A stretch of DNA of 51,820 nucleotides from contig NW_021834214.1 of NCBI RefSeq assembly GCF_006345805.1, forward strand, positions 1-51,820, written 5' to 3'. Source of the DNA: Octopus sinensis (Eukaryota). A program made the position numbers and the translations under genes. The notes beneath the pieces are model-generated. The model searched no databases and had not been told where the DNA came from. It was given only the letters and a program-made list of their open reading frames with translations. Positions 25,032 through 38,623 of the stretch are shown one piece after another (within the stretch, counting starts at the first letter, position 1; every line of letters starts with the position of its first letter).

Positions 25032-26172
25032 TATATATATATATATACATTGCCTGTGAGATTGTTAGGCAGCTCAGTTTTATATATAAAAGACATTCAT
25101 TGAGAAGAATTGTTTCAGAATATCATCGAGTTATGACGTTTGCATTTTCGTAATTTATGACCTGACGGCATATGACCTAATATAAGGAGAGTATAATGAA
25201 AATACGAGAGGAAGGACTAGAAATCTCCTTTCAAAACAGTATAAAGCTGCAAGAGTAACACAGCAAGTTACACACGTACGCGCATATACAACCACAGATA
25301 GCGAAACACGCAAAGACGCCCAAACACACATGTATACGTGCATGCAACTGTTTCTTGATATCTCTCACTTTCTTTCGTTAATTTGCAAGAATTCCATTAG
25401 TCAAATTGCCATGAAAAGTCCAAATATTCGTTGTTTTAAACAGTGTATCTTAACTAGATTCTTTATCGCTCAATCCATACTTGTCTGAAGACCTCTTATG
25501 CCACTTGCATCAGTAAATCCACGAACGTATCCACAATTTACTTTATTTTTTAAGTATATATTGTACATCAAGAGAAAGATAGCAGAAAACAAACAATTAG
25601 CATGAGAAGTTTCCTCCATCAAATTTCTGACACACCTTCACTATTCGATTTCCTGTTCCGAAAGTACAGTGTTAATTGAATGAATTCTATCATTCTCCAT
25701 AGTTAACAACCCTTTATAAATAATTACATTGTTTCAATGACTTTGTCATTTTCTGTCTAATTTAGCCACCGAAAATACTAATGCAATAAACATTACCACT
25801 GTTTTCAGGCAACTCACTTTCATTGTAAACTCCAACAGCTAAACCAGCCATCATTAAAAAGTGTCTTATTTGAAAGTGTACTTAGCAGTAATATCTGACG
25901 ATTATATCTCTTAATAACATGTAATTTCTTGGTGTCAAGAGCAAAATCTCTTGTAAATGTTTCCCAAATTGTTTACGATTATCGTATGCTTCAAAAGCAA
26001 GGAGAACAAATATTAAAAGCTGATACTTAGAAAAGTTTAATTGCAGATGCGGTGTCCAGCTTATTCCAATCGTCCAACATTTTATACACTCAACTCAATA
26101 AAAGACCATTTGTCTTGAAAAGGATACAAACGTACATTATTAGAATATTATTTTCATATCAAAATACAAATA

Positions 26173-26740
26173 TTGGGTTGTACACAAAGTTCGTGCTGAT
26201 CTTTAAAAGAAATAAAAATGTCAATAACTACTTCCCATTACATTTTTAATAAACCAAATATGAACCATGTTGTTGCACAATGCGTCTCCATCTTTCCTTA
26301 AACTTGAAAATACCCTCTTCCCAGAATTGAGGTGGTTTCTTGGCAAAGAATTCATGAAGGTATCTTTTTACGTCATCCAAGTTATTGAAATATTTTTACC
26401 ATTAAGACTATTCTGCAGAGACCTGAATTAGTGGAAATCCGAAGGAGCAATATCTGGTGAATATGAAGGGTGGGGTAACAAATCCCAGCCGAGCTGCAGC
26501 AATTTTTGTCTGGTTCTCAAAGCATCAAGTGCCGAAAATGAACTTTCTTATTTTCCATTTTAAAGGGTTACAGAATTAACATAGATTATAGGAACATAAA
26601 CCTTCTTCCACGAAAAGATAGCTTAAACTGTGCTCTAAATGGAGGTGTAATCAAATCCTATTTTATGGACTCAACCATGTTATAAAATAAGTCGAAAATT
26701 AAGCTACTATATATCGGCACGAACTTTCTGGACAAGCCAA
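26173..26740 (-). mobile_element. Internally deleted mariner (DD34D-type) element with both TIRs
   Basis: TA-flanked ~26-bp TIRs (ttgggttgtacacaaagttcgtgctg vs cggcacgaactttctggacaagccaa). MENKKVHFRHLML is joined to RTRQKLLQLGWDLLPHPSYSPDIAPSDFH*FRSLQNSL...ERWRRIVQQHGSYLVY*. Confidence 0.9.
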
Positions 26741-27501
26741 TATTATAAATTTTGCCGTAAGCATCGAGCATACAAAATCATTATAGTGTCGGAAAAAATT
26801 CCAGCTTTTTTGGTTTTAATTTCTGATATCAAATCCCATCAAATTCAGCTTCCTTTTATCCAGTCGGGGTCAATAACACAGAATACTAATTAGGAACTCG
26901 TGTTGAGGATATACGCTCAGTCGCTTTTTACATTCATTGGTCGTTTGCCTGAATTATAAACCATTATGCGATATCTTGCTGCGTTTTTACTAATATTCCA
27001 ACTCAAATATAATGAATATATATTGTTTAGTTGCTTTTAAAAGTCGAAGTTGTTGCTGAACTTGCTACTGAATTCGTTCTCATTAAAGGAAACTAGAGTA
27101 AACTCGTTTCAGAAACTAAGTCGTTATCTGACTAGAATATTAACTACTATAGCTAGGCAATAATATTGTAAAGCGATTTAGGAAACAACATGTCAGTCAT
27201 GAGACTCAAATTCATACATCACCCACGATAGCAGCAAATAGTCTAGGACAAAGAGAAAGAAAATAAAATCAATACGTAAATAAATTAATTATTGATTAAT
27301 AACTAAAATGAGTCAGATATTTAGCCTGTACATTATTTTACAGTTTCGCTTGAGCTGGTGGGAATTTCGATTGTTCGATCGTAATCTGTCGGTGAATGAC
27401 TCAGCTGGACATAAGCTGAAAGTTTTTCAAGCCTCAAAATTTAAGTTTGTAAATTTTGTAAATTTTGCGGTTGTAGTTGTTCTATGGTGGTCGGGGCAGG
27501 A

Positions 27502-27550
27502 AAAATATTGATAATGCTAAAATATTGATAATGCTAAAATATTGATAATG
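27502..27550. repeat. 17-bp tandem repeat, about 3 copies
   Basis: aaaatattgataatgct x ~2.9. Confidence 0.9.
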
Positions 27551-27692
27551 TGACGTGATGCAAACTAATACATGCTGGGCTTCTTCGTTAAAGATTTTTC
27601 TTGGAGAGTGGTTACGTTTCAACATACATTGTTGTTTGCCTCATACGAAAATTTCATTTGTCTACACGAATTCCATCTCACGTAACATACAC

Positions 27693-27733
<41 letters not shown>

Positions 27734-27874
27734 GCTACAAGCTACAGTAACATCCACCCTTAGTGGTTAGCCATATTTAGATGACAAATATATTTCACAT
27801 TGTCGTGTAGTTACTGTCTATAACTCGTTCAGAGATTTGTTATTGCTTATATATATATATGTGTGTGTGTGTGT

Positions 27875-28143
27875 GGAGGCGCAATGGCCCAGTGGTTAAG
27901 GCAGCGGACTCGGGCGTTGTGTGTGTTTATTGAGCGAAAACACCTAAAAGCTCCACGAGGCTCCGGCAGGGGGTGGTGATTCCTGCTGTACTCTTTCACC
28001 ACTCTTTCTCCCAGTCTTTCTTCTGTTGGCCTGCTCGCTTAGCCAGCAGGGGTGGCATCATTCGAAGGCTAAAACAATGCGAACGCATTGTGACCAGCGA
28101 TGTGTAACAACATCTGATGGTCTGGTCGGTCACATGATGATGA

Positions 28144-28147
<4 letters not shown>
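27875..28147 (+). mobile_element. SINE family C with B-box region deleted and (TGA)n tail
   Basis: ggactcg is joined directly to ggcgttg, lacking about 33 bp present in the other copies; ends tgatgatgatga. Confidence 0.85.
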
Positions 28148-28191
<44 letters not shown>

Positions 28192-28680
28192 GAAATATGT
28201 TACGAAAAGAAAATATAAAATACACGTGAAATGTAAGGGTAAAATATTAAAAATCAACGAAAATGAATATTGCAAATGAAAAAAGGCTATTTATGACAGG
28301 TAGTGACAAATATATACATTTAGGTTGACTGAGGAAGTAATATGAGTCATAAAGGTCATTATTATGAGATGATTATAAGATGATAATAAAGTAAGAGAAC
28401 AAAACGAACCAATGATTTACGCGAAGGCTATTCATCGTTTTATATATATATAGGTTTATGCGTTTTATAATTAGTTATACTTTATAAAACCTGCTGAGAA
28501 CTTCATAAAAATGATGGTAATGTCATGTTTAAAGCATGAATAAAATGTCGATCAAGATTAGGCGAAAATCCATTGAATATTGGTGAGCAGTGTTATGAAC
28601 ATTTAAACTTAAAAGACGAGAGAAGTTATGTAATAGGTTACATAATAGAAGATGATAGGTTACCTATTGTAATAGGTTGT

Positions 28681-28977
28681 GGAGGCGCAATGGCACAGTG
28701 GTTATGGCAGCGGAATCACGGTCGGAGGATCGCGATTTCGATTCCCAGACCGGGCGTTGTGTGTGTTTATTGAGTGAAAACACCTAAAAGCTGTACGAGG
28801 ATCCGGCAGGGTTGGTGGCAACCCTGTCGTCCTCTTTCGCCACATCTTTCTCTCACTCTCTCTTCCTGTTTCTTTAAGTAACGCTGCGATGGACTGCTGG
28901 GGGGGGGGGACATATGTCACAGAAACCGGGAAACTGGGCCCATGAGTCTCGTTATGCTTGATAAGGGCGATAAATTT
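28681..28977 (+). mobile_element. Chimeric SINE: family C head and body plus family D 3' module
   Basis: The 5' part matches 27875 and 10584; the 3' part (gtaacgctgcgatggactg...aagggcg) matches the element at 16208-16340. Confidence 0.75.
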
Positions 28978-29772
28978 AGGAAAATTGTAATAGGTTACAA
29001 TATGTAGTGAGTACCGGGTCATATTCACTTTGCATGTATAGGCCTCTCAGAAATACGTTTATTTTGTATTTTTAAGAGATTCTCAATGTATCCAACTGAA
29101 AACTGGAAGTGCAGCGACGTCAGGTGAAAAATAATGCACAGGAGCAGCAATAATTTAATCGATAAATATGTACATTGTGATTTAATGTTGATATGCTTTC
29201 CACATAATCTAAGAATTCATAGAGACTGGAAATATAGCATCGCGTAATATGTAAGGACAAAGAATATCCGTTTGCATAGTCTGCATTTTATATAATATTT
29301 GAAATCTTAAATTTGCAAGGAAAATCTGTTAGGACCCTCTGGTTTGCGCTTCGAAAAGGTATAAGGCGGAGATATAAAATAACCGCTTGACCAAAATTTT
29401 AATAGTATATTATGAAGTTTTGAAAAGCGGCGAGGTGACAGAATAGTTAATATGGCAAACAAAATGATTTGCGATTTTTCTTCCGACATCTTAAGTTCAA
29501 ATGCTAACGGGGTCGACTTCGCTTTTACTCCTTTTGAAGTCGTTAAAATTAACACCAATTGAACAGTGGAGTCGACTTGTGCGAAAACTTGAAACCAGTA
29601 ATCCGAAATTTTCAACGGAAAGCTCAAAGATAACATTACGGGCAATTATCATTAAGGTGATTAACAGCGTAATGAGATATACAACCGGAGATATACAACA
29701 AACATGCGCATGATTAATACATTCATTTATATGTATGTGCGTATATATATATATTATATATATATATATATA

Positions 29773-30178
29773 GGCGCAGGAGTGACTGTGTGGTAAGTAG
29801 CTTGCTAACCAACCACATGGTTCCGGGTTCAGTCCCACTGCGTGGCATCTTGGACAAGTGTCTTCTGCTATAGCCCCGGGCCGACCAATGCCTTGTGAGT
29901 GGATTTGGTAGACGGAAACTGAAAGAAGCCTGTCGTACATATGTATATATATATATGTGCGTGTATGTTTGTGTGTCTGTGTTTGTCCCCCTAGCATTGC
30001 TTGACAACCGATGCTGGTGTGTTTATGTCCCTGTCACTTAGCGGTTCGGCAAAAGAGACCGATAGAATAAGTACTGGGCTTACAAAGAATAAGTCCCGGG
30101 GTCGAGTTGCTCGACTAAAGGCGGTGCTCCAGCATGGCCGCAGTCAAATGACTGAAACCAGTAAAACAGTAAAAGAGT
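29773..30178 (+). mobile_element. SINE family A, full length
   Basis: Head directly follows (TA)n; central microsatellite and tail present. Confidence 0.92.
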
Positions 30179-30625
30179 ATATGTATACGTATGTATATGT
30201 ATGTATGTGTCGATGTGTGGCTATGTGTGTGTGTTAGCATATTTGTGTAAATGTGCATATACATATGTGCGAGTGTTTTTTTATGTATGTGTGTGTGTGT
30301 GTGAGTCTGTCTTTCTGTCAGTGTCCGTCCCCTGACATAATTTGAAAACCGTTGTTTGTATATTTCCGCGTAACATAGCGGTTTAGGAAAAAGAAACTAA
30401 TAGAATATGTACAAAGCTTTAAAAAACAAGGACTTCTCCGACCCCTTAAAAATACAACATACACACACACTCTCACACACACAATTGTAAATAAATATCT
30501 ACATATTAGAATATATATATATATATAATATATATATATATATTAGAAGAAATGAGGTAATCAGAAGATCGGATGGTTTATAGTTACAGATATTTATTTA
30601 TATATTATATTTTATATATATATAT

Positions 30626-30750
30626 ATATCATATCACTTAGATCATTAGCGCTTTCTCCCATTTTAGTGGGGTTTTCAAATCCAACTAAGTTTTATTTGA
30701 AAACCCCACTAGAATGGGAGAAAGCGCTAGTGATCTAAGTGATATGATAT
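30626..30750. repeat. Near-perfect inverted repeat: 56-bp arms, 13-nt loop
   Basis: 30626-30681 pairs with 30695-30750 with two mismatches; weaker outer arms extend to about 30465 and 30845. Confidence 0.95.
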
Positions 30751-30844
30751 ATTATATATATAAATGTAATATATAAATAAATAAATATATATATTCTAAT
30801 ATGTAGATATTTATTTACAACTGTGTGTGTGTGTGTGTGTGTGG

Positions 30845-30875
<31 letters not shown>

Positions 30876-31561
30876 TGGTGTAGGTGCTGTATGTGCTTTT
30901 AATTTGTACATGTGCATGAATATATCATAAGCAGTTATCTCAATTCTTAATATCTGAATAAATGTACACGCAGCGTGTAATAATGTTACTTGTGCAAAAC
31001 TGGAGTTTCTATAAAAAAATTCTTCGCGTGCAAAAGGGAAACGAAAGCTTATGCAATTATATATTATTACAAAATAATATTATATAAGGATATAGGGACC
31101 ATATTGATATTTTATTGATGCTACCTTATAATTAGTTCTAACTTGTTGAAAATATGTATTAAGTTGTGAATATTTATCGTTTTCAATTTGACAACTAATT
31201 TTAACCTTTGATCAATCTTCGAACAAACATCAAAAATGTGCGTGTTGCGATGACTAAGAATTATAAAATATCATATTTGTAGTTGCTCATATAACAAGCA
31301 CAGGGATTCAAACAAACGCGTACATCCGGAAGAATATACAGAGTGAAACGCGTATATAATTAATAACGTGTGAGGTGAATTAAAATGAGTATTCTGAGGT
31401 TAATGTGATTATATACAATACGGGATTTTGTACACACGCACTCTCACATACATGGAATACACATACATATATATAATATTCATGTATATACGGAGTTAAT
31501 TCTCTCTTCAAATACCTAGATTTTGATTTATATTTCTATCAATCGAATGATGTGTATATAT

Positions 31562-31594
<33 letters not shown>

Positions 31595-32149
31595 GCATAT
31601 ATATAAAAATATATATATAATTATATATATGTATATATATATATGTATGTATGTATATATATATATGAATGTATATATATATATGAATGTATATATATAA
31701 ATGTTTATACTTATCCATATATGTTTATCTATCTATCTCCCTCTCTTCCCCACCTTTCTCTCTCTCTCATATATATATATATACGTATGTATGTATATAT
31801 GCATAAGCGTCTGCCGAGATACATTTTACACTATGCAACAGGAAGGGTTACGTATGTATGTATTTAGAATACGGATTTCTCTCAAGCGGTTACAGTGGGA
31901 ATTTAAGTTATTAGGCGGACAACTCTTACGGATAACACAAATCTCTCATTAAATGGAGATGTAAAAATTCACTTCATATTGGTAATTTATGAAGGTAGAA
32001 TTATTTATGTGCAAGGACTCTTGGAAGTTTTGAAGTCTGAGGTTAAATTACTATTCACATGTAACGAGTTCACGAAGATGAAATACACATTCATATTAGG
32101 AGTAATTAGATGTTATGTTGATATGCATAAAAGGGCATACACACCAACA

Positions 32150-32234
32150 CAAATATATATATATATATATATATACACAAACATATATATATATATACAT
32201 ATATATATACATATATATTATACACACATACACG

Positions 32235-32272
<38 letters not shown>

Positions 32273-32310
32273 TACACGTATATATATATTATATACACAC
32301 ACACATACAC

Positions 32311-32355
<45 letters not shown>

Positions 32356-32391
32356 TACACGTATATATATATATATACACACACATACACG

Positions 32392-32425
<34 letters not shown>

Positions 32426-32545
32426 TACACGTATATATATATATATACACACACACATACACGTATATATATATTATACAACACACATACACGTATATAT
32501 ATATATATATTATATATATCTATATATATATACACACAACACACA

Positions 32546-32583
<38 letters not shown>

Positions 32584-32716
32584 TACACGTATATATATAT
32601 ACACACACACACATACACGTATATATAATATATATATATATATATACACACAACATACACGTATATATATATAATATATACACACACACATACACGTGTA
32701 TATATATATATATATA
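32150..32716. repeat. Compound minisatellite (acacacacatacacgt(at)n)
   Basis: Directly visible. Confidence 0.95.
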
Positions 32717-32854
32717 AGGTAAGCAAACATTGGACAGAGATCGGGTAATGTTTGAGCCTCAAGGGTTCTTCAGAGTACAAATTTTAGGATACTAAGATGT
32801 GGGAAATTCAGTTAGAATAATAGAGTAGGGTAAATAAGCATAGATACATACATA

Positions 32855-34727
32855 TCTTTATATATATATAACTGATAATGTGTGTCTGTCTGTCTATTTG
32901 TGTGTTTCCCCTAAAACCTGAGAACTACACAACCAATTTCATTCAAATTTTACACATGCCTTACTTAGGGTTTGGGGAGTGTCATGGGCGAAAAACATAT
33001 TTATCTTTTTGCCTAGGGCAAGCCTATAGCAATATCATATCTTCTTCACTACGATTCCCTAAAACTTGAGAACTACACAACCAATTCCATTCAAATTTTA
33101 CACATGCCTTACTTAGGGTTTGGGGAGTGTCATGGGCGAAAAACATATTTATCTTTTTGCCTAGGGCAAGCCTATAGCAATATCATATCTTCTTCACTAC
33201 GATTCCCTAAAACTTGAGAACTACACAACCAATTCCATTCAAATTTTACACATGCCTTACTTAGGTTTTGGGGAGTGTCATGGGCGAAAAACATATTTAT
33301 CTTTTTGCCTAGGGCAAGCCTATAGCAATATCATTTCTTCTTCACTACGATTCCCTAAAACTTGAGAACTACACAACCAATTCCATTCAAATTTTACACA
33401 TGCCTTACTTAGGGTTTGGGGAGTGTCATGGGCGAAAAACATATTTATCTTTTTGCCTAGGGCAAGCCTATAGCAATATCATATCTTCTTCACTACGATT
33501 CCCTAAAACTTGAGAACTACACAACCAATTCCATTCAAATTTTACACATGCCTTACTTAGGGTTTGGGGAGTGTCATGGGCGAAAAACATATTTATCTTT
33601 TTGCCTAGGGCAAGCCTATAGCAATATCATATCTTCTTCACTACGATTCCCTAAAACTTGAGAACTACACAACCAATTCCATTCAAATTTTACACATGCC
33701 TTACTTAGGGTCCATGTAGTTTCATGGGCAAAAAAATATTCAACTTCTTGCCTAAAGCGAGCACATAGCAATATCATATCTTCTCCACTATTTCAGTATT
33801 ACGTGTTAAAAGTGAAACAAAAACATTTCTCTATCTTACGTCAGATACTTTCACTTTAACAATAAAAATAATAATAACAATTGAATTATATGTAGTAAGT
33901 AATAATTAAAATCAAACTAAAGTATAATATTATCGTAACATAACAAAAGTAAAAATATAGCAATTGGTATAAAATTGCATCAATGACTTGAACTTGAATC
34001 AGTGGTTTCACATGAATGGAAATAAATAAAAAATAACATTTAAGTGAAGAAATGGAATAGTCCAGGTGGAGGTGTGCACGGCTTTTACATTAGATTATTT
34101 GCGAATTAGCTAGCATTAAGCATTCTATTGAGTACCGCTGTTAGTTTATTTCTGATCCATAAAGGCCTATAGCTTCAACAGAGTACTGCTTTTTGGTTTA
34201 CCGTAAGGGTTGTTGTTATTATTTCTGTTTAACTATTGTTATCACGTTTGTTGGTTCCTCGTAAGGGAACCGTTGTTGTGTTGCATTTGTCAAATAGTTG
34301 TAAACCGTAACCCTCCCCGTTTGGGAGAAGGAGCTTTGGTTATTGTTTAAAAATTGAATTGTGTACCTGTTTAGGGAAATTGACAATATTTTCACCGTTT
34401 ACACAGAAGTACTTTTGTAAAAATGTCTTCGAAAGAAGAAAGTCCAAAAATGAATTTCGGTGCAGCCGTCGGATTGTAGCCACACTTCTATACAAGAGGG
34501 GGGACACGATACAATTGATCGAAATTACAAGAGACGGGCTAACAATTCCAGTCTTTTATATATTTTGAGTATTGTTATACTAGCGATATCAAGATATAAC
34601 TCTTTATTTTGTATTTTATGTGTAGATTTATATATATAGATGTACATGTAATATGTACACACATATATATACACATATATACATGCACTAGCACTATGAC
34701 CCGGCAACGACGGGTCTTTAATGCTAG
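32855..34727 (+). mobile_element. Non-autonomous Helitron (subfamily H3) with internal tandem array
   Basis: A|TCtttatatatatataac start and (TGTC)n tract. 3' hairpin gacccg-gcaacga-cgggtc at 34698-34716 is followed by CTAG|T at 34724-34728. That both ends belong to one element is an inference. Confidence 0.7.
32909..33792. repeat. 148-bp tandem repeat, five near-identical units plus one diverged unit
   Basis: Units start at 32909, 33057, 33205, 33353, 33501 and 33649. Confidence 0.97.
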
Positions 34728-34820
34728 TATGTGTGTGTGTGTGTGTGTGTGTGTGTACGTATGTATATATATATCCATATATAACGCTTAAGTATATTGA
34801 TATGTGTATAATTATATATA

Positions 34821-35238
34821 GGCGTAGGAGTGGCTGTGTGGTAAGTAGCTTGCTTACCAACCACATGGCTCCGGGTTCAGTCCTATTGCGTGGCACCTTG
34901 GGCAAATGTCTTCTACTATATCCTCGAGCCGACCAAAGCCTTGTGAGTGGATTTGGTAGACGGAAACTGAAAGAAGCTAATCCCATATATATATGTATGT
35001 GTGTGTGTTGTGTGTGTGTGTGTATATATATATGTTTGCGTGTCTATGTTTGTTCTCCCCAACTTCGCTTGACAACCGATGCTGGTGTGTTTACGTCCAC
35101 GTAACTTAGCGGTTCGACAAAAGACACCGTAGAATAAGTACTAGACTTACAAAGAATAAGTCTATTTGCTCAACTAAAGGCGATGCTCCATCATTGCCAC
35201 ACTCAAATGACCGAAACAAGTAAAAGAGAGTAAAGAGT
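34821..35238 (+). mobile_element. SINE family A, full length
   Basis: Head, central microsatellite and tail present. Confidence 0.9.
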
Positions 35239-36346
35239 ATATATATATTACAATTATTACATACGTGTGTGTGTATGTGTGGCTATGTGTAGAGAATGGC
35301 TTCCCATTCCTTTTGATGTTGGTGAAATAAGTACCAGAATGGGCACAAGTAATCGATAGAATTGACTCCGACCATTCTCTTAAAATCGCTGGCCTTGTGT
35401 GTAATTGAGAAAGAATTTTTTGAAGTTGTTGCTTTAGTATTTAGTTCACATTTACCGAGAACATATTTAGCAACATTTCGTTCATTTTTCTTTTCTGAGT
35501 TCAAATTCTTCCGGGGCCCAACGTTGACTTACCTCCATCTTGGGTCGATAATATAAGTATCTGTTGAACACTGGGGTCGATGTACTTGACTTACCCTTAA
35601 CCCGAAATTACTGGAATTGGATAAAAAATTTGAAAAATATATTCTGCAGATGGGGTCGTAGTAAGAAAAAAAATATGATAGAATAGTATGTATATAATCC
35701 AGAGTGGGTGTTTGCAAATCTGTTACATTTTTGGTTGCATTCAACAAAATGATGTCATATATAATATTCCCATACAAAAATCTATATAATGTTATCGCTT
35801 TTGATTGACTTTGATGTTTTGATTTAAGGAGTTAGTATCAGAATTGTGCTTCGATTTTATGTGAATACCAATAAAAATTCGTAGAAATCTGCATGAAATA
35901 AAACCCTTAAAGATTTTTTTTTCATTCATTGTTTCCCGTAACAGTCAAAATGTACGCATTTCAAATGAGGTTTTATTCCTATAAAATGAAGATGTACAAG
36001 AACGGTTTCCGATATTTGTTTTTGTTACATATGATGTTTCGATTTTTGCTTTTCAATTTTACAATACTTTCGTTCAAATGATTCTAATTTATTTAGTTTT
36101 TAAGTTATTTGATAACACACTTCTCCCTCTCACCTAAGCAGTCTACCTGTTTATAAGTCGCTGTTATACTCTCTCTGTCTGTCCTTCTCTGTTTGTCAAT
36201 ATGTCTCTGCCCACCCCCGCTCCCCTCGGTTATATATACATAAATATATATACATATATACAAATATATACACACACATACATACATATATATATACGTA
36301 TATAAGTCTCTCTCTCTCTCTCTCTATATATATATACGTATATAAG

Positions 36347-36388
<42 letters not shown>

Positions 36389-36779
36389 ATATAAACGTAT
36401 GTATGCATGTACATATCTATACACTTCCATCAACACACATACACACAAATACATACATAGGTATGTGTGTGTGTGTGCGCGTGCGTTTGTATGTTTGTGC
36501 GTGTCCCTCTCTTTCCTCTTGTTTTTGTTTTTTTTTTACTCCATTTTGCGAAGTCTATCATTAAAATTCTGTTGTTTTTCTCTCCCAACAAATGCAATTT
36601 TCTTTTTTATATAAGTTTATTTCTTAAAATTCTATTTTTCTTTTGGCTACAAATCAATGAATAATTGAATAGAAATAAAATGTTGGTACAACTGAATTAA
36701 GTGACGTGTGTATGTACGTATATATGTTCATATCATGCACACATCATCGGTTCGTGTTCATTTCTCTCTCTCATTCTCT

Positions 36780-36803
36780 CATATATATATATAGAGAGAG
36801 GAG

Positions 36804-36873
<70 letters not shown>

Positions 36874-36879
36874 GGTATA

Positions 36880-36926
<47 letters not shown>

Positions 36927-37250
36927 TATAGAGAGAGAGAGAGAGAATATAGAGATAGATATAGAGATAGATAGATATATAGATATAGAGATAGATATAT
37001 AGATATAGAGATAGATATATAGAGATAGATAGATAGATAGATATAGAGATAGATATATAGATATAGAGATATATAGATATAGAAATATATAGATATATAG
37101 ATATAGATAGGTAGATAGATATAGATATAGATAGATAGATATAGATAGGTAGATATAGATAGATAGATGGTAGATTGATAGATAGATATATATATAATAT
37201 ATATACAAACATATGAATATATATATATATACATACATATATGCATCTAT
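36780..37250. repeat. (TA)n/(GA)n/(AGATAT)n/(GATA)n compound microsatellite
   Basis: Directly visible. Confidence 0.95.
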
Positions 37251-37990
37251 CTATCTATTTCTCTCTATATATGTATGCATACATATATATATATTTATTC
37301 ATGAATACACGATTGTATGTATGTATATGTATGCGTGTGTGCGCGCGTATGTATGTATGCATATATGTATATAAATCAGACAGATGTAAAGAGATTTATA
37401 TAGAAATTTTGATGTGTAGAGACCGACTGAGAAATGTAAGTATTCGGTTTGTGTATGTTAAATAGAGCGAATACGAGCAGCGTCTTTGTAAGAAATGGCG
37501 CAAACGTGTCACAAAGAAAAATATACATTAAAAGTGCAAGCAAAGCTATTTGATTTTCTTTGTCGTTTCAATTTGATTTCCTCATTTCATTTACTTTGTC
37601 TTTATTTTAAAGGTACAGCCGAATTGAATAAGAAAAATAAAATATTCAATCGAACTTCTTATGGCTTATCACTTGAACTTCATCTTATATCTGATGAATG
37701 AATAAAAGGTTACTGAGAATGATTTCTTAAATTTGCACGAGGCCATGTATGCTTGAAAAAAATCAGTAATTGATTTAAGCAACCCGCTCTTCTCTAATAG
37801 TTGTATATTATATCTTTTTATCTGCCCTGAAAGGAATAAGAGGTGAATATCGATCACGATGTATTAGATGTTAAAATCAAATTCTTGCAAGGCAAAACAG
37901 TGTCAACAAACAATAGCCGAGGGTTTAACCCTTCGTAGCACTGATACTTATCCCTATCTATAAAAGAAATTCTCCAAAACGCATATTATA

Positions 37991-38384
37991 TTTCTTTACT
38001 ATCCACAAGGGGCTAAACACAAAGGGGACAAACAAGGACAGACAAAGGGATTAAGTCGATCACATCGACCCCAGTGCGTAACTGGTACTTAATTTATCGT
38101 CTCCGAAAGGATGAAAGGCAACGTCGACCTTGGCGGAATTTGAACTCGGAACGTAACGACAGATGAAATACGTATTTCTTTATTACCCACAAGGGGCTAA
38201 ACACAGAGGGTCAAACAAGGACAGACATAGGGATTAAGTCGATTACATCGACCCCAGTGCGTAACTGGTACTTAATTTATCGACCCCGAAAGGACGAAAG
38301 GCAAAGTCGACCCCGGCGGAATTTGAACTCGGAACATAACGACAGATGAAATACGGCTACGCATTTCGCCCGGCGTGCTAACGT
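37991..38384 (-). mobile_element. SINE family B, dimeric body
   Basis: Two body units on the minus strand. Confidence 0.9.
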
Positions 38385-38623
38385 GTACATTTATTTTCTC
38401 CAAATGGATACTGCGACTTATGTTTAGAAATGAACTACGCAAAGCAATGGTTGTTATAACTAAACACTTCTGGCAGAGTCTACAGGAAATCAATAATGAT
38501 CATTTCAACTATAGGTACAAGACCTGAAATTTTGGGGGAGGGGATGAGTCCATTATATCAGTTGATTATATCAGATTAAGTACCAGTTGACCTCAGTGCT
38601 CAACTGGTATTTAATTTATCGAA

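Noticed and set aside
32909-33792. CRISPR array or interstitial telomere
   Set aside because: There are no variable spacers (whole units are identical) in a eukaryotic context, and TTAGGG occurs once per unit rather than tandemly.
37612-37705. Exon candidate GTAELNKK...SYGLSLELHLISDE*, faintly like the DEG/ENaC YGLSL motif
   Set aside because: In-frame TGA, and no neighbouring exons with ENaC motifs were found.
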